NCBI GenBank assembly: GCA_040954595.2
Contig: CM082585.2
Coordinates: forward strand, 6,101,808 to 6,165,807
Source of the DNA: Balanoglossus misakiensis
Taxonomy: Eukaryota; Animalia; Hemichordata
Direction of reading: 5' to 3'
Length of the DNA stretch: 64,000 bases
The notes under the pieces are model-generated. The model worked only from the letters and a program-made list of their open reading frames with translations, had not been told where the DNA came from and ran no database searches. This document shows, in pieces, positions 1 through 12,300 of this stretch (the stretch's first letter is position 1; each line of letters begins with the position of its first letter). A program made the position numbers and the translations under genes.

Positions 1-99
1 GAAGTTTCATAACAAGTAAGTTATATAGACATAAATAAAATCCCCGGTGCGGGTGGGACCCATCCCTTAGACCGTTGGTTTAATATAATTAATACGCGT

Positions 100-700
100 T
101 TTTTTTTCAGATTTGTAATCTTTCATCATTTTTCAATAAAAAATAATAAAAACATGCACACACTGATAAAACTGGGAGTGGTTTATTTCCGTACCGATCA
201 TCTTCGCGAGTGCGTGTTTACTAGTAGTTAATGTAGGTTTTGTCAGATATGTTATCTTTCGTCATTTTTTAATAAAAAATATTAAACACATACACGTTGT
301 ACTGATAAACTGAGTGGTTTATTTCCGTACCGATCATCTTCGCGAGTGCGTGTTTACTAGTAGTTAATGTAGGTTTTGTCAGATATGTTATCTTTCGTCA
401 TTTTTTAATAAAAAATATTAAAAACATACACGTTGTACTGATAAACTGAGTGGTTTATTTCCGTACCGATCATCTTCGCGAGTGCGTGTTTACTAGTAGT
501 TAATGTAGGTTTTGTCAGATATGTTATCTTTCGTCATTTTTTAATAAAAAATATTAAAAACATACACGTTGTACTGATAAACTGAGTGGTTTATTTCCGT
601 ACCGATCATCTTCGCGAGTGTGTGTTTACTAGTAGTCAATACAGGTTTTGTCAGATTTGTAATCTTTCGTCATTTTTCAATAAAATAATATTAAAAACGT
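100..700. repeat. 136-bp tandem repeat, about 4.5 copies
   Basis: GAGTGGTTTATTTCCGTACCGATCATCTTCGCGAGTG recurs at 176, 312, 448 and 584 (period 136). A degenerate further copy lies at about 755-880. Confidence 0.95.
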
Positions 701-3700
701 AACGCATGTCTCCGTTAGCCGGTTTTATGGTAAAATAAGTTATTTACTTTGTGATTTGTAATCTTTACCCGTTTACAACAACTGCAATCAATAAAACGCT
801 ATCGAAACATACTGGTATAACCCGAATGGTTTATTTTGCACCCATCATCTGCACGTGCGTGTATGTCTGTTATTATGGTGAAATATTTACTTTCTTTTGC
901 TTGTTTTGCAGATGCAGAGACCAGAGTGTTTTTCGCCATGCAGCGGTATAGCTGGGTGAGGTAAGGGCAGGTATGTTCCGTGGCCGAACGATCACGACAT
1001 TCACTTCATTTCCTTGTTTTGCAGATCCAGATACGAGATCAACTCGTATAAATGGTATTCATCAACTTAAAGCTGGGGCCTAAGTTGCTAGTTTTTTCGC
1101 CATACAGCAGTACAGCTGGGTGTGGTAAGGGCAGTATCTTCAATTATGGCTGAACGAAGACCAGAGGTTTCAAGTAAGGTTTGACAAACGATATAGACAT
1201 CAAAGCCCCTTATTTCATGCATGGTGGCCATTTTGAAGCGTTTTTTTTCCGATTCAGACTGATGCCTGCATGTAATAATATGGAACCGGTACAATATGTG
1301 GATGTCAATTCAATGTTGTAGAATCGATCCGACTGCAAGGTGTGGCCAGTTTGTTATGGCACAAACATGTTCGCCATCTTTGTAGGAGACATTCCGTTTA
1401 CATACTTTTCTTTTGTTCCAGAGATTCCATAGATGATGCTAAGATGATTGCCAGCCTGTGTGATTGATGTCCAGAGATTACCGCATGGTTGTGAGAAGGT
1501 AAGACTTGTGGGAAAGAAAATTGAAGCAGTAACAGACAATACATGGTAGGGGTGTGGGTGGGGTGTGTTTGTTCACAATGTCGAGGAGTTGTCGGTTTAA
1601 CCAAGTACAATTATAGGCTTATATGGGCAGATCTCGATCGATGTAGAAGTAAAATTTAATCAAGTTGCCAAATAGAGAGTGAAATTCCAGGCAGCCATAC
1701 AGATTTGCAACATGTACCATCTGCGAATGAACAACAATTGGCGTACAGTGGTGATCATGCTTTGTTTCATGTCCATGGATATATTACAGACATTCATTTC
1801 TACATTGCTTGTTTTGCAGATGCGAAGACCAGATGGGTAATCCGGCAACCAAGCTGAGGACGAAGTGTCCATTTTCCGCGATGCAGCTGTAACTGTTACT
1901 GGCAGTCTGCAGTGACCACCTAATGACAATAGTATTTACTAAGCTGATACAATTCAATGCTATGGTATGCTATGCTATTGGTCATAAGTTTCTTGGAAAA
2001 TTTGGCATGGTAGATTTACTGATAATTCTGTATACATGTATCCTCTTTTGTTTATGGTTTCAAAACTTTGAAATTAAAATTTTCAATGAACTAGACTACA
2101 ATGAAATTCTTGTCTATATCGTTTTATTACCCCAACACTGCCTTGATGTTGAGATAATTGAAACAGGAAAGGTATTGGGCCGTTTATGCCATTAAACGCA
2201 GTTGACGATCGCCCGCGTAGTCAGTGAATAGAGATTGTACAGTCGACGTCATCTTTGGCCAAATCCCAATAATAGTTTCTGTTCCCCGGCCAGCCTCTCA
2301 TCAGGCTAGAGGTTTTGAGTGACTGTCGAGTGCCCACGGTTAGTGAAATAACCACTTGAAGTGCGGATGGTTTGTTTGCTAATCAAACAGTTGAGAGAAG
2401 TTTTTGTCCCGATTCTACTCGATGGTTGTGCCGAAAACTGTTTACACGTCATCCTGGCTCCTGGCCTGTACAGCACTTGTCAAATTGGATGTTGGTTACA
2501 TTTTTTCTGCATCAAATGCCTGACCTCTGGTTGTTTTGGCCATGTCCATATAATGATGGATTTTTCTCCTGGGTCATTAAAGGGACATAAGCTGTAACAT
2601 TTTGAGGATTGTTTTGTTTTGTGTATGGACTAACGTTTCTTAGTTGGCTTCTTATATCATGTCATAAGTGTTCTGATGTCAACACAGCTTGTGTACGCGT
2701 AACAGCTATTGTTATTGTTGACAAATGAATTCTGGTACGGACTTAAATTCAATTCTCAATTGAAAAAAATTCTGATTATACGAATAACTGGCTGTGATGA
2801 AAAGCAGAGTAGTGAGCATTTTACTGTGCATGATGTAGATGTGTCAGGCAGTATTATTCTTCGCAAATGAATTCTGGTCCGGACTTCACTTCTATACAAA
2901 AATTGCTGATTATACACATACTAGCTGTGAGGAGAAGCAGAATACACTTGTAATGGATACTTACTGCAGTAAGCACATAACCAGTGCTTGAAATTCTGTA
3001 AGTTACAGCCGATGGGACTTTAATATAATCGAGAAAAAAGTCACTTTCCGCTGTTGGATTCCAGATGGCTCCGAGAATTGTATAAACTCAGAAACTGACA
3101 AACAAGCGTCCAGGATTAATGTTTGTTGCTCTGGTTACTGCGTCTGTCAGGATCGTGAGAGAGGTTTAGGTGCGCGGGAAACCGCACGATGCGATGGCGC
3201 GGGTTTCGACCGCAACAGGTCACAGATGGGCGCACCAGCAATTTGTATTGAAATTGTGGTTTTTTTTATCGAGTCCATGAAATCGATCCATATACACTGG
3301 GGCACCCCATTGACAAGTCTACATTGGAATATTGTGTGCCGGGGTACGCCTTGCGTAGTTCATGCACAATTCAATATTCTCAAATCGTGACAGATTTTTG
3401 TTCCTGGCTCTGTCGTAAATTATATAAGAGACGAGACCCGCGGGTCAAGAATGACAAATGGGGGGGCTTTCCGCTAATTTATATGCCGCGTATGCCCCGA
3501 AATCGAGGTCAGGACAGCATGACTGGGGGGTTAGACATCCCTTCAGTGCGGATGGAATAGTCCCTTTGTTTGCGGAGGCAAGGGGCCAGGTGTGGGCTAC
3601 CAAATTGTCGGGCGGGTAGGGGTGGGTGGAGCCTCGTGAAGTTCAACGCTTGAGAATGCATGCTGGTCCCATTGTTCTGCCCCCGGACAATAGCGACTCG

Positions 3701-6388
3701 GCTCGGAACAAAAGACCTGTTTACAAACACACTCATTAGTTCAGTGGAAACGGCTACTGATTGTTACACTGCCAAACGTTATACAAAAAATCATTACTCT
3801 TCACAGTTTCGGCCAAATTTCCTATTTCTGCCGCTTGCTTTTTAAAGATAATTACATAGTAATTTTTTTCAGAGGGTGTAAGGAATTATTTGCAATGTGA
3901 CAGGCTGTGACTTAAAAAATATCCCCCTTGTCAAAGTACCGGCTGGCTAATTATGTAAATGAAACAATTCACATCATGTTTCCACGATTTGTTATAATTT
4001 AGAAATCCTGAATTTTGAATATTGTGACCAGCGAACGCGCAGTGTGGAGATTTCACGACCGCGATGGTCACATGACAAGCCGAATTACCATGACGATGAC
4101 GGAAGCATTTGGCGCCAACTCCCCGGTCTAAATTTTACGTTTGTTAAGCATTCCGGTCTTTCCTGGTTTCAACTTGTCGAAACAGCGCAGAAAACTTATG
4201 TAGCCCTGCGCCTGGCTGCATTATGCGCCCGTCCATATATCACTCTATCAATTTTGTCATTTTACCCCCAGTTTGGTAAAGTAAACATGATATATCGTCC
4301 GACCTGTCAAATACACACGCCATCATACACTATATTTCTCGGCGCAGAATTAATGGTCTCATTTTCTGATAAAAATCTCTTCCTCCTTTTTGCATATTGC
4401 GGACTCTGGTTTTTTGACAACAGAAACAAACAGACCCACGGTATAAATGTCTCTCTCGAAAGTGCAGGTACCAAAGCTTAGGAAAAAAATGTATAAAATA
4501 CACCAAAAAATGTGACCAACCCCAGAAGTTATAAACAAGCCGTGATCATATCATATTCAGAGTGCAGTTTGATAAATTTGAAACTCGTGCAGTGTTTAAC
4601 TGACGAGTTACAACAACTTTCAAAGTTATCAGGCCATTTCTTAACTTTCCATATGATCAAACATTTCTGCGCGTTTGCAGAAAAAAAATCGAAAAAAACA
4701 CGAAGGGTCTTTTTTCATCGTATTTTAAAGAAAAATCGCAATTCCAGGACATAATGAATTAATTTAAAACTTAGTTTTTTGAGTGAAAACTCACGAGGAA
4801 CGCTACAGGAGAAAGAAATAAAACAGATTATTTTTGGAGCACCGTAACGTTGAAATTCTTCAGCGCATACGGTACAATATGCAACACTAAATATGAAGCC
4901 GAGGGCTATTTTTCTTGCCGTGTGATTTTGATCTCAAACTGGGCTAAGAAAACATTGAAACAGGTGGCCTCTTTTCTCCGTTTATGTACTTTTAAGATAT
5001 TTCCCCGTCGTAATGATTTTATATTGAGTAATACACCCACCTGCCTTTGTCTGCAAAAAAAGACTTCAAAGTCATCCTTCACAAATCACGGAACTTTGAA
5101 AAAAAAATCAGCTGCGGATTTTGGTTTAATAGGCGACCTTCAGGAGATTTAGGACCACAGAAATTATTCCACGAAATGACGTCAATTAGAAAAATAAAAC
5201 GTCCTTCGGATTTTTTCTCCTTTTGCAAGCACGTGTCGCGCACAACCGAGGCGATTGTTCGGGTTTGCTTGGCAAAATAAAGCGTAAAATTACCAGATTG
5301 CCGTCGCTTGCGGTTTTCATAAGTGATGTCCCGTGCCGGGAACGACACTCCGGGGACTTGGGGTTTTATCTCGGGTCCCTGGCTTGACCTTGGCTTGACC
5401 TTGGGCGGCAGAACTCACAAAAAAATCAAAGAGAAGTTGGGGTACAAAAAATCCTTGTTTCACATCCCTGTATTGATAGTGCACCGTGAGGTATCCTGGA
5501 GACTGGGCGACTCAAAGTTTTCAAAGTTTCACCTGTGATGTAAGTAGTGTTCAGGAAAAAAAAGTACTGGAGAAGACGTTGTTTCTGTCCTGGGACATCC
5601 ATGATACTTGTAAAACACTCGAAGTAAATTGTGATGTTTTTTTCTGAAGTCTTCCTCGTCCGTGTTCTTCGGTTGCAATATAAAAAATAAACAAAGTACT
5701 CCGTGTCGTCTGCATACCGACCGCGGGAACACACTCCCACCGCTCCTGGTCCGCCGCTCCTCCACGTCCCGGGGGTTTCTTGCGATTTTTCGGGCGCCGT
5801 CGTTTTCGCGTCAACCGCCAGACAAAGAATTTGGCCGCTCGTCTGATGTTGAAATTGCGTCCCGCCGAGATATTTGTGACGACTCGGATCGGTCGGCGGG
5901 GGATGTGTTTGATTAACCAGGCCGCGAAGAGCCACAGCGTGACTGGTACTGCACAGGTAGTTAGTTGACCAAGTCATTCGACCCTAAAGCGGTACAGACG
6001 TGCACTGAGAGAAAAGACCAAAGAACAAAGGAAAGTGCGGGCCGCGCGATCGCTTTAACATATCCTTGCCGCGGCTGCTCGGAAAATTCACAAACGTCTT
6101 CTCCCGATTCTCGGCCAAAAATGTCAGAGACGGGGAAAGTGTCCTTTGTGTGTTACTCGGCGCTGAGGTTTTGCAAAACTGTAGCATGCGCATCAGCAGT
6201 AGCAAGATTTGAATTGGCCTTTTAAATACATGGCCCCGAGACCACCGGCCATGAAAGCAAATAAAAACTTGAAAAGAACCAAGACGATGCATTCTGAATT
6301 TTAATGAAATGTGCTTTGATAGTAAGATTGCCTTAGTTTGCCTATACGCGGTACTGACCAGGGACACTGGACTAGCAATAGAGAGGCC

Positions 6389-9300
6389 ATGTTTTCAACA
6401 AGCATCATGAAGTTGGTGTTCACCCTGCTATTTTTCTGCCCCTTCGGCCAGATTTTCCGTGCCGAGTCGATGCCTTTGGAAGGTACGAGCGTGCACAGGG
6501 AGAATTTGGACGAATTGTGGGGTCGCGTGCAGGAGCTGGAACAGAAATACAACGAAGTAAAGCAGCAGAACGAGGAACTATGGGTATTAATAACAACCGC
6601 CCACGCAGCCCAGGCTAGAGGCCAAACCAGCGCTGGAAAGAGCATCAGTCAACCAGAGTTTACCGCGCAACCATCGGGGGAACACGCGCACAAACCCAGC
6701 GACTGGCCACTGACCACGGATGGCGGAGATTCCGCCGAAAACGGGCGCGTTTCCGCGATGGCGTCCGACTCGGCAGAAACAAAACAATTGAAAGACTTAC
6801 TCATGCGGCGGGACTTGGAGTTAGAGACATTGTCCGAAAATCGACGGGGATGGAGCGACGGTGTTGTCAAACTCCAGTGGAAAGAGCCAAGAGATCGAGG
6901 TGCGTTCGTGGAGACCGAACTTGAGAAATCTGAAAATGCCAGGAGTGAAGAACTCTTCGAGCAGATGAGGGAATTAGTGGCGCAACTGGAAGCAACAGGT
7001 ATCCTAGCAGTACTCTCATTCTATTTATTTCCCTTCTATAAGCTTACTTTCAAGTTTACAGCAAAGAAAAGGGCGTCCTCATGTTAACATATTAACTTCA
7101 GGCTGGGCCTTATTTTTGGCCAGCTCACACGCTCTCTATTTGCGTGTACTCAATATTTCGTCCGACATACAACGGTTACTACGACAAGGTGGCACATAGG
7201 ACGGCTGGATGCAGGCTTCTTTTTGTTCCCAACGTAGAAGATTAGTACCCAAGTTTCTATAATAAAATTGCCGGCCCTTTGTTGACTACAATGCAAACAA
7301 TGTCCTAAGCATTATTCAATAATACAAGTCGGCGCTGCCTGGCTTTTTGCATTCAGTCGTTGGGCCGAGTGGTCACTTTGTACTGCCCCATGCGAGCCGG
7401 ACTCGTGCCCTTTACGCCCGTTCGTGAGGGGAACGTGCCACACCTTACGGAACCACGTGACGAAAGTTCCCAAAAACCGCGATATTTTCTTATTTGAATG
7501 ACCTCACCCCCGCGCCGGGGCCTGTTCACTTTCCCACAGAATCAAGGTCACGCAGCGAAAATAGGTGGCGATTTTTTTACAAATTTCGTGTTCCTTCCTT
7601 TCTCATTGACAACCGCCCGCGATATTTGGCTGAAAAAGGTGCACACGCACAGCACGTTAGAAGTGTGTTGGCGGTTTGCTGCACTGTCCTTTGTAGCAAT
7701 GACCTTCTCAGGGTTACCGGGTACAAAAGAAAAAAGAGAAGTCTCCTATAGGATAAAATACACGGTTGGTTGGCAACGGTTGGCAGGCAAATGGCCCGTC
7801 GCCGCTTGATAATGTCAGCGTAAAATTGGCGACGCGGGTCTCTAACCGCAGTTTCAGCCAAGCGCTGATGAGCTCCGTTGCTAAGGTCCTTCCTCTCAGC
7901 TCATAGTGTAGTATTTACCATTTGTAAGAACCTGGAGCACTCGATGGCCGTATCATCATTACTCGAGCGAGTTTTTTTCATTAGTGACACGTGCAATAGT
8001 CCGGGCCGGCAATTCCCAGGTTATCAAATTCCGAATTAATGTCATATACAACAGATTTAATACACTTTTAAGTACATATTTAGTGCGTTTGAAAAGTGAG
8101 TTTAATTCCCAGCGTTGCCACACACTGACTGTTGTTGTGGGTGACCCGACTCGGGTATTGCACACAATACCTGCTCGCTCCCTGGTGGTTCGAACTGGCA
8201 CACTGTGACTTTGCTGTTTTGTGACTTGTGTGTTTTATTAAAACCCTGCGGTGGGACATGTCACTGGTAATTAGCAACGATTTATTTTCCAAAGCCACGA
8301 CTGACTGACACCGCGGAGGACACGAGAATTCGACGTGGACTGGTTTCAGCTGACGGAATTTGAAATACAGAAAATATTTATTCGAATGCAAAGTTTCACT
8401 TTAGCCATCCCATGTACCATTTCAAGGGGGAATGGCTGTAATTTTTAAAACACTTTCCTCCGGGAAATTCTCGATTTGCACGGCTGTAATTTCTTATTCT
8501 TCTCTACTCCAGATCACGTCGAAACACTGAACGCTTAGCTTGACAACACAGTCTGTGCATGTGTGTAAGAGATAATTGTTATTGTTGACGACTGAATTCC
8601 AGTCCGGACTTAAATTCAGTTATATTTTCAAGATCCTCTGAATAATGTGTCTAAATGGCTCCTCCATGTGCGTCAGTGATTTGCATATTAGGTTATTTGA
8701 CAAATTGCAAATATACTTCGTTTTTGTTTCACTCCAAGTACATTCCAGATGGATGTTGATTTCACTTGTCTTTTGCATATCACTTGTCAGAAATTATAAA
8801 AACATTTGATATTTCAGATTTGAAGGTGGTTTCAATTTTTTGTTTTATTTGAAAATTTGAAACCACCTGTAATCCGAAATAATTCTGATTTCGCGAACCG
8901 CTTTTGCGGACCACTTTTATTTTTCAACAATGCAAAACAAAATACATTGGGACAATAAGGCTTCAACATTCTTAGGTGCAACTGGTGGTCATTAGGTTAG
9001 TAATTAATTAAGAAGAAAATATTTAGACGTATCCACAAACAAAATTAAAGGCTCTCCAGGGAAGTTTAACAGAGGGAATACTTCGAAGGTGCTTCCCATT
9101 GTTGACAAAATAATTTGTTCAGCATCAGCATTAGAGTCAAATACAACGACACAGAGAGTGTCGCCAACACTCCTCACAGACTAACCACTAGTCTGCAAAC
9201 TACATGCTTAGCTCTACAAAATATGCGTGAATGTTACTCGATATACACCAAAACAATTTCTGTCAAAAAGACAAAATTCTGCAGCAAGCAAACTCTTATA

Positions 9301-12300
9301 AAGGTGTCTGGTTTGCATTCTATTTGGAATTTGAAGACATTCAGTGATACACTTTTTAAAGAAAATTGCGATAATTGTTCTTTGGCCCTCCACGAGTTCC
9401 TTAATTATTGTCAGTCCATTTTTGACTTCTCACAAAATTCACAAAGTTTTAATATTTTATCCACCATTTTCTCACTAATGTTCATCGAGTGGTGAACTTG
9501 CTTAAATTTATATTATTTTCATTTAAATTCACCAGGCATGTAACCTGCAAATTGTCTTGCTAAGCTGTGTTTCTCATCAAAGATAACATGGTATTGGGTA
9601 AATTTACACAAAACAGTAAAGGGGCCAATTTTAGCCAAAAAAATCTTCACTTCTCACAAGAATTTATGACTATTTTTCATTCGCTAGCAATGCGTTTGAT
9701 CATTGGCTTGCAGAATGGCCACTAATAATATAACCTAAGTAATGTATGTTTACAATAATTGATTCTACTGTCCAATTCATAGTATCACAGATTCTGCTCA
9801 TCAATTTGTCTCATAAACATATCGCTGTTCAATCACAATGAAATCGGATACTGGTATTTACAAACCCGTAACCTATTACACTACACGGTTTAATTGAGCA
9901 TATTAGTTATAATACGATTATAACAATCCCGCTTTCTTATATAAAGATTCTAATACCATGTTATTAACTTTATTAATATAAATACCCATTAATATGTGTC
10001 GCACTTTTGTTATTGTACATGGTGGGAATTTTAATTCATTGCACCATATGACATAAAAGCACGCCACACGAGGTCATGTCATGTCATAGTTCTTCGCATC
10101 ACATCACATCACATCACATCATAGCATAGCACAGCACAGCACATTTCATTACATCACATGGCACCACAGAACAGCGCAACACAACACAACACATTACAAT
10201 ATCACCATATCAACTTCCCAATTGAAATATAACGTTACTAATATTTGTATATTATACAAATATTTGTAAATTATACAAATATCGATAATCTGTCATATGT
10301 AACTGGTGGTTGGAAACGCTGTCTGTATAAGTCATCAATCACAACAACTTTCTAGGCTATATATGTTATAATCGACATGATTGGAACTATTTTGGGACAA
10401 TTTTGGATAAGATGTGTGAAAAGTCTCGTCAAGGGGGCACATGCACTATTCAGTCGCTGTGTTTGGGGGGGGGGAGAGAGAGAGACCCTTCAGTCGATCA
10501 TAACATCTTCTGTTGGAGGGAACATGAAATTCGTACATGGCACATACGATGTCATATTGGTATTGATGTAATTCGTTGCAGTCTATGACTGGTGTGCATT
10601 GTAATGTACGACATGTATTTCATGGTGTGCAAGGGTGTTTTTTATCGATTTGCTTTGACAATGCACTACCTAAGTTACCAAATGAAAAACATCTATGACG
10701 CCATACCTTATGTAACCAGCTTCTATTCTAGGCTAACTGCCCGGCAATTTAAGAGTATAAAATATATTTTATATCATTGTGTTTTATGTCATGTATGTTA
10801 GCTTTTTTAAGACAAATATTCAGACTGCGTGCCTTTGCATGGGTCCGTGCATTGGCAAGCGTCCCTTGCTGTGGTTAAGGTATTAACGGCCGGTCATAGC
10901 CAAACGCAATATTGCAAGATATGTTTAAGTTGTCAACTCCAAGAGCAAATATGGCTGCGTTCGCGTCATTTTGCAACCATGTAGAATATTTTAGCATAGA
11001 CAGTGATTTTAGCAATGTGGGAATGAACGACTGCAGTACACAGGTGGAATACTGCCCTGCTGTCGTGGAAACAACGCAAGGAGTACCAGAATACTACCAT
11101 GATGAAACGATATCAAAATCACTTTGATTTTGATATCTAAGTGATGAATCGACACCAATGAAAATGCCAGGATGTGTGATGCTGGGATCGTGAAAATGGC
11201 CAATTCATACGACCTTGTACACCTCACGCGCCGGGTATCGGAGAAGACATTTGGGATTACAAATCCTAGTAAACTTTTAACATTGGCACACTTTCCTGTC
11301 GTTTTGGTCAGCAAGAAGATATTTCTGCCAATTTGGACAACGGGAAGAAATTTACTTGTAAGGTTCTCGAGACTCACAAGAAAATCATGAATATGTCATG
11401 GACATGCTTTGCACAGTCATTTTGAAACGCACAAGAACAAGACTAGCCCCACACAGGCAACAAGCTTTCGCGGGGATGTTTCAGTTTAGAAGGGAAAAAA
11501 GCGCTCATGTCATTTAGCATGTACAGTGTATTTGGTGTGGGTGGCGTGCTGTGATGTGCTGTGGTGAGATGGGATGAGATGGGTCCAGGTATGTGATGCG
11601 GCTTGGCAACGGTAGCTGGCATATGATTGGCAGTGATGAGATGAAATGTGATGGGGTGGGGTGGGTAGCCTATGGGATCGGATGTTACATAGGCCGTCAC
11701 ATCCACAACATTGATATAATAATAGCTTTAATATGTCGGACCATAATTAGAAGGAACCGCGCGTCTACATTGCTGGCGTTGTATCCCCATTATTCTGGGT
11801 TTGAGCACAAACCATTGGCGATACTGTTGCCGAACAATGCAAATCATATGGTCGCACCGCCGAGTCCCTTAAACGATGCGCACTATCGTTTTTGACATGA
11901 CTATAACAATCGAGTTGCGGTGGCAACCGCGTCGCCGAGGACTGTATTTGTGAATTAATTAGGTTGGCCAGCAAGTTGCGACGAAAGTCCCATGCTGTGT
12001 TGTCTCCAGTGGCATTGCGTCCACCACGGTTACCTAGCAATAACTGATTGCGTTTTCACGCCATGACAGCTGCGTTGCACAATTTTTCTGCATGAAATAA
12101 TAAACTCTAAGTCTTTGAAAATCGGAGGGGGTTTCGCATCACACGCTATATATTGTGGGCCACACATTAATCTTCTGATTTCCTTTTCTATTTACTCTCC
12201 ACAGTTGCGAACGAGGCCAAGCCACAAAGGCCGTCTCATTCACGCCCGTCAAGAAACGCCCTACTTCGTGCGACCACGTGACCAGAGGAGTAATACGCAA

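Noticed and set aside
100-700. Possible CRISPR array
   Set aside because: Whole 136-bp units are near-identical with no unique spacers, and the context is eukaryotic.
3700-6000. CpG-rich block with 145-aa and 183-aa ORFs, possibly an autonomous transposon
   Set aside because: No transposase motifs or clear terminal repeats found; likely repeat-derived but cannot be delimited.
8130-8205. GGTTCGAA B-box-like motif suggesting a tRNA or SINE
   Set aside because: No A-box at suitable distance and no cloverleaf.
9140-9230. Minus-strand WLVCEECWRHSLC, resembling a PHD-finger fragment of a decayed transposon gene
   Set aside because: Needs a stop and a frameshift, and the Cys/His spacing is off; not supportable without a profile search.
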